A DNA stretch of 64,000 nt from Giardia intestinalis (Eukaryota). Positions 18,827 to 28,580 of the stretch are shown piece by piece. The stretch lies in the NCBI GenBank assembly GCA_000002435.2, contig CM018791.1; one strand, written 5' to 3'. The notes beneath the pieces were generated by a model. That model saw only the letters and a list, made by a program, of their open reading frames with translations, was not told the origin of the DNA and did not search any database. Numbering within the stretch: position 1 is the stretch's first letter; every line of letters begins with the position of its first letter. Both the position numbers and the translations under genes were made by a program.

Positions 18827-21800
18827 TTAATTGCCTTCTATAAATGACTGTAGTGTTCTTCTTATCTCTTCATCGATAAGTATATAGAGGCATGCTCTCT
18901 GACGTTCGAGGTTACCGTGCTTCCGCTCGACGAAGGTTTGGGCATCGCGACCTTGTCCTAAGATATCAATTGCATTTTGTGATGCGCTGGAGTATACCTG
19001 CCACACGGATGGATCCAAATATTGCTGTAGAAGCAGCCCATTCGGAGAATTGGGAGCCTGCACGTCAAGGCTTTCATATGTCTCAAAAAGCTCCTTCATT
19101 GCCAGAACAGTCTTAGCCCATTGCTTCATATCCCCTTGCTCAATCGATACCCCATCATCATAAATCGATAGGCGCGCAGCGGCGCCTTCTATTGTTTCCT
19201 CCGGGGGGCATTCTCCTTGGCTCCATGGGTGGTACTTTGCAATAAACAACTTTAGAGTAGAGTGTACAACGTCAGTAATTTTCCTGTCATAGTATTTGCA
19301 AGAGAAGAATGAAAGAATATCCAGGACCGACGTGGGCGGTGCGGCTTCGGCAAAATCTTGGGAAATTTGTGCAAATAGACTTACAGATACATCAAGCAAT
19401 TTGACAAGGGCTTTATTTTTCTTTAGGCTGATCAAGATTTTTTGATCATATAGCCCCCCAGAGCGAACTAAAGAAAGCATATCAGCAAAGGATGCTTTGA
19501 AATTAGGATCCTCTGTTCTACATTGAAGCAAGTATAAGATATGGGGAGGTGGAAGAGCAGAGCAAGAAAGGAGCAAATAGCGTAACGTATTGCAAATGAT
19601 AGCCTTTTTAGAGCGCAAATATTCTGCATCGAGCTCAAACAGAGCCTCTGCAAATGATAGGCCCCCAATCAGGAGAAGGAGATCTTCTTGGGTGATAGCT
19701 GCTTGCTGGGCACGGAAGAGAAATGCATCGAAGCAGTTATGGAGAATGGTACGGGAAGCATCGTGTCCATTCCTGAACAGGGACAACCAATCTATATCGG
19801 CTGCCTGCAGACGTGTGTGTCCGTTCTCATCGACAAAGAGTGTCGAGGCTTTTATACACAAGGAGAGCAAGAGGTTGTATGTCTGGTCTTCTGCTCGTGG
19901 CTCATTGCTCTTGTAACCACGTGGCATCATAGCGTTGTGATAAGGGTCTATACGATATGCTAGCTTGTACGGAAGGGGGATTTGGGAGAGTGAAAAGAGC
20001 TGTAGGGCTGCCTTTATCTGTACATGAACCGTGCCAAACAGAGCAACCAACACTGCAGTGGCAGTATCCTGACTGTCTGAGGTGTCATTCAAGCCTCGTA
20101 TAAGGATAGGAAGGATCAGTGCAAGAGAGTCTCCAAAGGAGGATAGCGCAGACAGGTAGTGTGCAGAGAACTTGGCCCCAGGCTTACTCCAATCACTTAT
20201 CAAAAGTGCGTGACCAAAGGGTGTAAGAAGAGCAACATTCTCCCCGTCATTATATCTATTAAATCCCTCTTCAGTCAAGTCTTGCGGATAGTACATGGAA
20301 GAGAGCTCCTGACATAAGTCCAGGTTGGGATACTCCTGTAGCTGAGTATTCACAATCAGAATGATAGGATCCACAATTCGTCTGTGATATTCAACGATAG
20401 CCAAAAGTGATACATACAAACAGAAATTTGTCTGATTGAAGACTGAGCCTTCAATGGCTACAATCTTATTCCATCTACCTATAAGTGTGTCACGAACCCC
20501 CACAATAAGGGACAATGACGATATGGGTGCGTAATGCAGAGCTATTGTGAAAATAACCAAAAGAGACTTAATGGACAAATTTAGAGCATCCGTAGACAAA
20601 TGGAAAGCCTCAAAAAACGCCATGCTAACATACTCAATAGCTGCTGCAGAGTAGTCTTCCATGCTTTTACCGTATTGATGTTTCTTCGAGACAGAATGGC
20701 TATAGAATGTACACATTATCAATAATAAAGCCTTATCAGTTGATATTTCACTTGGATTTAACAGACTAGAAATCCATTCTATAATGCTATCTGCTAGTTC
20801 AACAAGAAATGGAACGGGATGGCAGTGGATGATGATATTAAAGCTATCTAGAAGTTCTTTAACAAGAGCTTCATGATCGGTGTAGTAAGTGTTGGAAATG
20901 AGTACGTTACCCAGAAAGATAGCTCGACTGAAAGTATCCTTGGCTGTTGCCTCAATAATTTGGGAAAACATGTGTATTGGCAGTGCTTTAGCTACAATCC
21001 GTATTATGTCTGCTAGCTGTGGTCGAATGGACCTAGTATCTGGACAGTGAGTGCATGCATGACACCCATGCATCAATGAATTATGTTCATACCAATATGG
21101 GTGAGCAATCACCTCTTCACAACTTAAGGTGCTGAGCTTGCTTGCAAGCCAGAGATAGACATCGCTTGTATAGAAGATGTTGGAGTAGACGTCTGTTTGC
21201 GCTAAAAGCTTAAAATATAGTAGAGCGAGAGTGATGGTATTAGGCTCACTCATCTCGTTAAGATTGAGCATAGCAAGTAGTGAATCAAGAAGGTAGTTTG
21301 TTAGTGGTTCCCGCAATACATTTGTGGGCACTTGCAAGTAGGTAAGCAAGGCATCAAAGTTCTCTCTTTTTAGCTCTAGCGTTTCCTGAGGTCTAGTAAG
21401 GGCTTTATCAGATGTTTCAATATTTAGAGTGGTTGTATTGTCCAACGCCTTTACAGTGGGTTGTACCAATCCATCAATCAGCATTCCAAAAAGATCGCAG
21501 AGACCAGGGTTTCCAGTGTCATAGAGAAGCTCGCCGAGGCAAAGGATCGTGTGTGCTGAGACTGACGGAGAGGAGAACACATGCTTCATCACCTGTGACA
21601 AGGCAGCATCCAGCTCTTTTTCTTTGAAGCATGGACGGGCCATAATAAGTACTCTAATCATAAGTTCTATGTTGATTTGCTTGGAAAAAATAGCCGAAAA
21701 GACGCTACGGTCTGAAGGTTCTTGGGTAAGTAAAGTACAATACAATTCAACAAGAAGTGTGTGCTCCTCGGAAGCATTAGAGTTGGTTGTCGTAGAATTG

Positions 21801-22297
21801 AGAATAAAATATTCCAATCTATCAGCTACAGATTGCAGTACTTGGGAAGGCATATAATTGGGTGAGAAGATTAGTCTACATGATAGCAAGGCCTGTAATA
21901 GTTCTTGACAATCTGGTGGCGCATTTGCTTTATCAGTTGGTGGTAGCTTAGTGAAAAGTTTGACAAATATGTCCGCGCACTCTTGAACTCTCAACTCAGA
22001 TGAATCGTTATCTAGAAGCTGCCCTAACCCCGCTAGCCCAAACGATATGACCACCTGCTTAGTAGCCAGGTTTCTAGTAACACTGAGGAGCCTGTCACAT
22101 AAGTCCAATACGTGTAAAGCGCCAATTTCAGTTCTATGGGCTGTTATCAAAGACAATAATGATTCCAGGGCATCGCGAAGACCCTGCCACTGCTCCTTCA
22201 CCGAAGCCTCATCTATAAGAGCGGGCTGGTTCTCTATAACCACGATCCTTCTACAAGCGCAGACTGCACGCTGAGTAGACTCTACAATGAATGCCAT
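18827..22297 (-). CDS. Large hypothetical alpha-helical protein, about 1150 aa, possibly HEAT/ARM-like. No family recognised.
   Basis: Uninterrupted ORF of more than 3.4 kb. The track start at 22309 is GTG, and the first ATG is M5 at about 22297. No catalytic motif was recognised. Confidence 0.5.
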   Translation of the reverse strand: MAFIVESTQRAVCACRRIVVIENQPALIDEASVKEQWQGLRDALESLLSLITAHRTEIGALHVLDLCDRLLSVTRNLATKQVVISFGLAGLGQLLDNDSSELRVQECADIFVKLFTKLPPTDKANAPPDCQELLQALLSCRLIFSPNYMPSQVLQSVADRLEYFILNSTTTNSNASEEHTLLVELYCTLLTQEPSDRSVFSAIFSKQINIELMIRVLIMARPCFKEKELDAALSQVMKHVFSSPSVSAHTILCLGELLYDTGNPGLCDLFGMLIDGLVQPTVKALDNTTTLNIETSDKALTRPQETLELKRENFDALLTYLQVPTNVLREPLTNYLLDSLLAMLNLNEMSEPNTITLALLYFKLLAQTDVYSNIFYTSDVYLWLASKLSTLSCEEVIAHPYWYEHNSLMHGCHACTHCPDTRSIRPQLADIIRIVAKALPIHMFSQIIEATAKDTFSRAIFLGNVLISNTYYTDHEALVKELLDSFNIIIHCHPVPFLVELADSIIEWISSLLNPSEISTDKALLLIMCTFYSHSVSKKHQYGKSMEDYSAAAIEYVSMAFFEAFHLSTDALNLSIKSLLVIFTIALHYAPISSLSLIVGVRDTLIGRWNKIVAIEGSVFNQTNFCLYVSLLAIVEYHRRIVDPIILIVNTQLQEYPNLDLCQELSSMYYPQDLTEEGFNRYNDGENVALLTPFGHALLISDWSKPGAKFSAHYLSALSSFGDSLALILPILIRGLNDTSDSQDTATAVLVALFGTVHVQIKAALQLFSLSQIPLPYKLAYRIDPYHNAMMPRGYKSNEPRAEDQTYNLLLSLCIKASTLFVDENGHTRLQAADIDWLSLFRNGHDASRTILHNCFDAFLFRAQQAAITQEDLLLLIGGLSFAEALFELDAEYLRSKKAIICNTLRYLLLSCSALPPPHILYLLQCRTEDPNFKASFADMLSLVRSGGLYDQKILISLKKNKALVKLLDVSVSLFAQISQDFAEAAPPTSVLDILSFFSCKYYDRKITDVVHSTLKLFIAKYHPWSQGECPPEETIEGAAARLSIYDDGVSIEQGDMKQWAKTVLAMKELFETYESLDVQAPNSPNGLLLQQYLDPSVWQVYSSASQNAIDILGQGRDAQTFVERKHGNLERQRACLYILIDEEIRRTLQSFIEGN

Positions 22298-22340
22298 TGC
22301 GAAAATCACACAAATGCGTAGCTAAACGACGCGTTAAGGG

Positions 22341-23549
22341 TTATTTATTACAAGGAAGAACAATTCCTGCGTCAGTAAGGGCCGTGAGAGCCCACTGGGG
22401 GACGCTATCAAGTGTCCCGTGCATCCTTAAGAGAAAGTTCAAGACGTAGGTATCCAGTGTCTCATTAAGAATACTCTCTCGAAGCCCTCGCATAAGCCGC
22501 AGAAGATACTGAACGTTATGGTCTGAAAGAAGTTGCCCGCAGACAGGACTCTTGGCCACATACAGAGCGTGCAGATACGCTTTAGAGTACTTGCATGCCT
22601 GACAAGGGCAGGTGCTGCTAATTGGAGAAAGATCGTCCTTGCACGTAGCACGATCTAGCCGGAGAACACCACCGTCAAAGAATGCGCCGCCCATACGAGC
22701 CACGCGCGTAGCGTAAACGCAATCAAACATGTCCACGCCAAGGCAGGTACACACAACTAAATCTAGAGGAAAGCCGACACCCATAAGGTATCTGGGTTTA
22801 TCCTTGGGGAGCTTCTCACAACAATATGCAACAACCCTGCAGAAATCCTCTTTTGCCTCACCGCCAGAGAGCCCTCCGATAGCAATCCCACCCATCTGAT
22901 CCTTGCGTGCGATAATGGCCTCGATGCACTGATCTCTAAACCCTCCAGGAGAGAGATCAAGATGGCCCTGGCATATTCCAAAGAGGGTTTGCGTGGGCGA
23001 CGTATGTGCAGCAATGCATCTGTCCAGCCAGCGTGTCGTGCGCTCAGTGGCCAGCTTGATCCGCTCATACTCCGTGCGGGGGTCCAGCAAAACATGAATA
23101 ACGTCGTCCAGGGCCATCATAATATCGGAGCCTATGGCCTGTTGTGTGCGGATAGACTCTTCGGGTGTAAGAAGCACCCTCTTGGAGTCTACTGGAGAAA
23201 TAAAACTCACTCCATCTTCTGTGACTTCTGACAAGTCCAAGAGAGAGACCATCTGATAGCCTCCTGAGTCTGTGAGGATGTTGTTGGGCCAGCCCATCAG
23301 CTTATGCAGTCCTCCCAATTCGTTAAGCTTCTGGATTCCGGGGCGGAGGTTGAGGAAGTATGTGTTAGACAGCATAATTTGAGCACCTGTCCGCTCTATT
23401 TGCTCAGTCGCAAAGCCCTTGAGTGTGCCCTGGGTCCCCACAGGCATATAGACAGGAGTAAGTATAGGGCCGTGTAGGAGGGTAACTGTTGCTGCTCTAG
23501 CACGTCTATACGTGCGCTGAATAGTGAACTTGAGCGGCCCGACACCCAT
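22341..23549 (-). CDS. QTRT1: Queuine tRNA-ribosyltransferase (tRNA-guanine transglycosylase catalytic subunit).
   Basis: ATG confirmed. The motifs TPVYMPVGTQGT, DSGGYQ, MALDDV, GIAIGGLSGGE, YLMGVGFPLDLV and DMFDCVYATR, plus the zinc cluster SSTCPCQACKYSKAYLH (CxCxxC...H), match the TGT family. Confidence 0.9.
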   Translation of the reverse strand: MGVGPLKFTIQRTYRRARAATVTLLHGPILTPVYMPVGTQGTLKGFATEQIERTGAQIMLSNTYFLNLRPGIQKLNELGGLHKLMGWPNNILTDSGGYQMVSLLDLSEVTEDGVSFISPVDSKRVLLTPEESIRTQQAIGSDIMMALDDVIHVLLDPRTEYERIKLATERTTRWLDRCIAAHTSPTQTLFGICQGHLDLSPGGFRDQCIEAIIARKDQMGGIAIGGLSGGEAKEDFCRVVAYCCEKLPKDKPRYLMGVGFPLDLVVCTCLGVDMFDCVYATRVARMGGAFFDGGVLRLDRATCKDDLSPISSTCPCQACKYSKAYLHALYVAKSPVCGQLLSDHNVQYLLRLMRGLRESILNETLDTYVLNFLLRMHGTLDSVPQWALTALTDAGIVLPCNK

Positions 23550-23644
23550 TTTTTATTAGAACGGGTATGGCTTCCAGATCCATGCAAAACAAGACACCAG
23601 CCAGCAGTACTACAGACAATTTAATGCTCTAGTGATGCTAGATA

Positions 23645-24328
23645 TTATTGGAAACTAGGGGGTGCGGAATACAGAGCGTTGTTAAGAATGTATTGCTGCA
23701 CAGAGTCTACACACATGGTCCCGGACCTTCGCCGAAGGGCCTCCTTAGCTGCAGTACTAGAGATTTCTGAGACGGACTTGTTCAAAATCAAGATTCGTCC
23801 ATTACGGTACGGTTCATCAAGGTAGGAGAGTTGTTTAACTTTGTCAATAACCTTCTTCTGAGACACTCCTCCTGCACCACCATCCCGAGGTACGATTACC
23901 GCAGACACCAATGAGTAGAGCCTTTTAACATTGGCGGGATTCCACGTCCTTTCATCGCATTGAGAATACAGCAGATCCATTCCTGCTACGATATAAATCT
24001 GAGCTCCATCGTAACGTTGCTTCAAATTTTCGACTATGGCATAGGTCGGTTGGTACCCTTGTGTGCACTCTGCTTCCCCTGTATCGACATCCATTATATG
24101 CGAGAGCTTGGACTCTGCAATAGCCAATCGTAACATCGCAACGCGATGAATACTTGGGGCCAGACGCTTATAGGGGTAGTTGTCGTGCGCAGGGCTGAAC
24201 AAAATACGTGTAATACTCCGCTTCTCATGCGCTAACCAGTCATGTGCATATTCCACGAGTAGAATGTGCGCACGGGTTACGGGGTCAAAACATCCCATAC
24301 ACACTAGAACGACCGGCGGACAGGGCAT
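23645..24328 (-). CDS. NMNAT: Nicotinamide/nicotinate mononucleotide adenylyltransferase (NMNAT).
   Basis: CMGCFDPVTRAH matches the GxFxPxTxxH nucleotidyltransferase motif, and ISSTAAKE matches the SxTxxR-like C-terminal motif. The track start is TTG at 24397, and the first ATG is M24 at about 24328. Confidence 0.7.
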   Translation of the reverse strand: MPCPPVVLVCMGCFDPVTRAHILLVEYAHDWLAHEKRSITRILFSPAHDNYPYKRLAPSIHRVAMLRLAIAESKLSHIMDVDTGEAECTQGYQPTYAIVENLKQRYDGAQIYIVAGMDLLYSQCDERTWNPANVKRLYSLVSAVIVPRDGGAGGVSQKKVIDKVKQLSYLDEPYRNGRILILNKSVSEISSTAAKEALRRRSGTMCVDSVQQYILNNALYSAPPSFQ

Positions 24329-24408
24329 CGCAGGTTTTTCTTTTCTGTTGTCGCGGAGACGAAAGTAAATGTCGCAAGTGTTTGGAATTACCTGCAAATC
24401 TGTTTACA

Positions 24409-27400
24409 TTATAGGCGGAGAAGAAGAGGGGCTCCGCTGCAAATATCGGTGGATATCTCCTCAACTCCATATGCATCACAGAGGGGACAGCTGCTGGCCA
24501 GCTTTCCTATCAACTTGTCAATAAGCCCAGTTGGCTTCATAGCTTCGGTATGCAGTGCAGCATCACACTCCCTGACTAGTTTATTTATCCGACTACTGAG
24601 AGGGGATAGGTAGAATGCAAGGCATGATGTGTGGAATACATGTCCACAAAAGAATACCGTATGGTTATGCGCTAAGAAACTGCAGCTATTCACTGCTAGT
24701 TCACGGATTCCAAGCCCACTTGCAAGACAGTGGCTGTTATCCAAATATTCTAAGCACACCCCGCATACTTTCTGGCCCTCATGAGCAACTGTGCGTTGGC
24801 GAGCTTCTTCCAAGTCGCACTTCTTCGCCATGATTTGGCTGACACACTTCTCAAGACTCTGCTTAACATCCACGCTTCGGTTCTGGTAATGCTTGAAAGC
24901 AAGATGTAGGCTGTCCGCAATGACGTTATATGGTGCTCCAGCAGATAATATCAAGTCCATGACCTCTGTGAGGGACACGAATGGAAAGTCGAACATGAGC
25001 TCTGTGGCCCGCAACAAAACCAATTGTCTAAACACTGCTTCAACAATGGCATATACCTGCGTTTTCGACAAGGATGGATTGAGAGTCAGCCATCCTCTAT
25101 CAGATAAGGAGTCTGTAGGATCGTGCAGCTCTATGCTGATAAGCCAAGTAACTAGTGTCTTTAAAAGCTGTCTCTTCTGTTCTACACGATGAGACTTATC
25201 AATCAAGTCTGCGGCGTCTAAAATAAGCACCTCGCTATCATTCGGAAGAGAGACCTGTAGTGACGAGACAGAATCGCAAGTATCCTCAGAACACATTCCG
25301 GCACTGGTAGAAAGAGATCTGGATAATAAGGCACCCTGAAGGTCTCCGTTCTTTATCATGTTCACAATGCAGGCTTCCTTTCGCCCGAAATCAAGTTCAG
25401 CCAGAGGTATCTTCGTATGGAGAGACAGCGAAAGCGATAACGCATCAAGTTGGTTCCCTGTCTTGGTAAGGCATTTGGCCTCACAATCCCTGAAGCCATA
25501 GCTTCTGCAAACGCTGGTAATGTCAGGGAGATTGAACTTCTTAACCGAGACATCGACAGAAAAATCCACTGGAATAATATCAATTGCCAGGCTCAACAGC
25601 TCCTCCTCACCGGCTTTAGCGAGAAACTCAAAAGCAAAGGTGTTGACAGACGGCTCAATGCTTCCCTCTTCGTCTAAAAGGAGCCATCGGAAGAAAGACA
25701 CTAGCTCACGCATAACTTCTGGGTCTCCTTTATTGAGAGCCTCCACAAAGCACTTTGTTAGTTTGCTCAGTGCAAAAACCTGATCTTTGACGTCACTGGG
25801 CTTTGCCCCATTAGCTTCTGCGGCTAACACAGCTACATGCTTGGTTTTCTTCTTCACAACATTTAGATAGTCGCGCGGAATGTGAGACAACAAAGTATTT
25901 GAGTAATAATAGAATAAATCCAAATCTTGGTCGGCCAAAATATGCAGGGCGTCTTTGTACTTGTGGGTCAATAAGTAGCTGGTGAATAGTGTCCTGTTGT
26001 CCTTTTTATATTTAGAAAACTCTACCAAAATGTCGTCAAGTCCATGGTCAAGGAGGGATGACCGTAAGACGGATAGGTCCAGGGCAGATACATAGTCTGG
26101 GTTGGTAAGGAACGTCTTCAACTTAATCTTGTATACATCCACTTGGTCCTCGGCTTGGAGCACCGCTAAGTAAGCGCCTTCTTCGTTTTTCTCCAGCAGC
26201 ACCTTGTATGTTTCCACGGCACGCCTCCGTGCATCTATCTCTAAGATCATGGCCTCAATCAACATGTGGATCACGAGCTTTCGGGCCACACAGTAGTTAG
26301 CTTGGTCTGCTTGCTCTTTAGTCACACCAAGACATCCCAGAAGAGCCCCTGTCCCGCCCTTTTCTGTCAAGCTGTCAAGGTCAGCTACACGTATGGTGTT
26401 GGCTGCCCTGGCCAATGCAGCATTATGAGCAGGCATCTTTTGGAGCTTTTCTTGCAGATATAAGACAGCTGCTTCATATTTATGGATACCGATGAGGTCA
26501 CGGTAGACATCAAGGAGCGGAAGGTCAGTCTGGGACAACAAACGGGCACCCTGGAGAACCTTGTTGTTTGCAAGACATTGTTTTGCATACTCTTCCCGGA
26601 TGACTTTCCGAGTGCTTTCTACGGGGCAGTACTGAAGAGCTTTGTCGTACTCATGGAGGGCGTAGTAGATAAACCACATGCTGCCGGCTTCATCTTGAAC
26701 GTTCAGACTCACCGACCCGATAGACGACGGGGTAGTGCCCGTCCTTGACAGTTTCCCATAGGACAGGAGGATGTAGAAGTGCAAGACAGTCGAAAGGTCC
26801 ACAACGCCGGTATCAGTGATGGTGGGAAACGTCTGTCTTAGTTCTGCGCCAGAGTAAATGAATTGACTCTGGAGAAGCATGTGTAGCTTAGATAGATGAG
26901 TGGCATCAAGACCTTGCAGGTTGAGAAGCACATCATTGTAGGCAACAGGATTGGGAAGCATCGTTACCTGTGACCGCGAGATGGAATTGAACACAGAGAG
27001 TCTATTAGCCAATACGATAACACTATGATAATTATAAGTGGCTGCTCCTAACAGCGCGCCAGGTGAAGTAGTTTGCTTGCTACTAGTATTACCGTTATCA
27101 GTATCATCCAAGCAAACTAGGACAGGGTCGCGAGGGTCGAAGCCTTGAATTCGGGTCACATCAATGGCAAAATTGACAAACGAAGATGCATCACACCTCT
27201 TTAGTAATGCCTTTAGTTCTGCATACCCTGCTCCAGCATCAGAATCTTGGTCTTGGTAATCGATCTTAAGTAGTGCAGAAATCCTAGTGCGCAGAACAGA
27301 TTCGAAGATTTTGCGGAAAGAGATGCTGTACTGATATACAAGGAGATTGGATGACCCAATGGACTGAGAGATAATCTGATATGTCAGTCCCGACCCCGTT

Positions 27401-28329
27401 GCAGAGTAGAAAAAGTCAGCAACAGTATTGAGGATTGGACCCCTTTGTAGAACCTCTGCATCTGTCAAATCAAAGCGGGCCAGTTCTGCCCTAGAAGAGA
27501 AGACTATGTCGAATAGGGAGTGCACAGTATGAAGATAGGCCTTAATCAGTCCGCGAGAGCAAACTAGAGTCAGCATAACACTAAGTGCTTTATATGCGGG
27601 AAGATCAGACACAGCCGACGACATATCTGCGCTCGGTGCGCTGTATTGATCATAGTTCTGCATACCTACTTTCCGAGCAGCGTCAATCGTAGCGTGATTA
27701 ATGGGAATGGTATGCAATTGAAGCACAGCACCTTTGGACAGTGAGACGACCTTTGTTTTGCGCACAACCTTGGCCTCATTCTTCACGATCTGCCCTACGT
27801 TCAAACAGTTGTCCGACGTCGCAAACAGAAACTCTGGACTGTGAACACCCTCAATATCCTCATTAGCAAGCGATGCTGTTGTGCTAGGTTCATCGAGAAC
27901 GCTCGGAAGCTTCCAAATTGGATGATGTGGACAAACAAAGGTCAAAGCAGTTATCGGGATTTCAATCCCGCGGATTTTGAAAACGCGTAACTTCTGCTTC
28001 TTAGAGACAACACCAACAGCGTATATCTCCGCTGTAAGCTGCCGCTCATCACACAGAGACACCACAGCATAATTCCCACTAGGAGAACACCATACATTTG
28101 CATTTGTGTGGATTGTTGTAATGATAGCAGAGCCCTTCTTCTCCGCTGTCACTGATGGCTCTGCAGGGGCTTTTAGAGTGTATGCAAGAACGGTTACTTC
28201 CTGTCCCCCCGACTTGGAAACGACATAAAGGGATGAGCCACATTGCCGCAGTGCAAGAATGCTCGCGGGTTGGACCCCTTTGAGGAAAGAGGACGCAAGT
28301 GAAGATGTGCTAAAAGGAGAGGCGTACAT
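24409..28329 (-). CDS. HOPS/CORVET-class tethering subunit (Vps8/11/18/41-like). It has an N-terminal beta-propeller-like region, an alpha-solenoid and a C-terminal RING-H2 finger.
   Basis: ATG confirmed. The 1306-aa protein has a C-terminal CGVCLEYLDNSHC...FFCGHVFHTSCL...CPLCDAYG pattern (C3H2C3 RING-H2). Overall length and architecture fit Vps11/18/41/8, but which paralog it is cannot be decided by eye. Confidence 0.45.
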   Translation of the reverse strand: MYASPFSTSSLASSFLKGVQPASILALRQCGSSLYVVSKSGGQEVTVLAYTLKAPAEPSVTAEKKGSAIITTIHTNANVWCSPSGNYAVVSLCDERQLTAEIYAVGVVSKKQKLRVFKIRGIEIPITALTFVCPHHPIWKLPSVLDEPSTTASLANEDIEGVHSPEFLFATSDNCLNVGQIVKNEAKVVRKTKVVSLSKGAVLQLHTIPINHATIDAARKVGMQNYDQYSAPSADMSSAVSDLPAYKALSVMLTLVCSRGLIKAYLHTVHSLFDIVFSSRAELARFDLTDAEVLQRGPILNTVADFFYSATGSGLTYQIISQSIGSSNLLVYQYSISFRKIFESVLRTRISALLKIDYQDQDSDAGAGYAELKALLKRCDASSFVNFAIDVTRIQGFDPRDPVLVCLDDTDNGNTSSKQTTSPGALLGAATYNYHSVIVLANRLSVFNSISRSQVTMLPNPVAYNDVLLNLQGLDATHLSKLHMLLQSQFIYSGAELRQTFPTITDTGVVDLSTVLHFYILLSYGKLSRTGTTPSSIGSVSLNVQDEAGSMWFIYYALHEYDKALQYCPVESTRKVIREEYAKQCLANNKVLQGARLLSQTDLPLLDVYRDLIGIHKYEAAVLYLQEKLQKMPAHNAALARAANTIRVADLDSLTEKGGTGALLGCLGVTKEQADQANYCVARKLVIHMLIEAMILEIDARRRAVETYKVLLEKNEEGAYLAVLQAEDQVDVYKIKLKTFLTNPDYVSALDLSVLRSSLLDHGLDDILVEFSKYKKDNRTLFTSYLLTHKYKDALHILADQDLDLFYYYSNTLLSHIPRDYLNVVKKKTKHVAVLAAEANGAKPSDVKDQVFALSKLTKCFVEALNKGDPEVMRELVSFFRWLLLDEEGSIEPSVNTFAFEFLAKAGEEELLSLAIDIIPVDFSVDVSVKKFNLPDITSVCRSYGFRDCEAKCLTKTGNQLDALSLSLSLHTKIPLAELDFGRKEACIVNMIKNGDLQGALLSRSLSTSAGMCSEDTCDSVSSLQVSLPNDSEVLILDAADLIDKSHRVEQKRQLLKTLVTWLISIELHDPTDSLSDRGWLTLNPSLSKTQVYAIVEAVFRQLVLLRATELMFDFPFVSLTEVMDLILSAGAPYNVIADSLHLAFKHYQNRSVDVKQSLEKCVSQIMAKKCDLEEARQRTVAHEGQKVCGVCLEYLDNSHCLASGLGIRELAVNSCSFLAHNHTVFFCGHVFHTSCLAFYLSPLSSRINKLVRECDAALHTEAMKPTGLIDKLIGKLASSCPLCDAYGVEEISTDICSGAPLLLRL

Positions 28330-28580
28330 GCTGTTTTTTATGGTTTCGTGTTAAGGCTTTTTGACCACCACCTCAGTGGCCTTGCACCAGTTGCTAGGGA
28401 ATCTTATTTGCCACACATGTAGAAAGCTTAGTCTTCATTAAATTTACAAGCCCTGGAACCGTCTAGGAAAATTGAAGAAAAGGAGCTTGGAGGTTTGTAG
28501 AGAATTGGTAGTAAGCATGGAGGCCTCAGCTTTAGAAGGAATTTTGTGAAAGGTTCCATTGAATCCATTATTGCGTGCTC

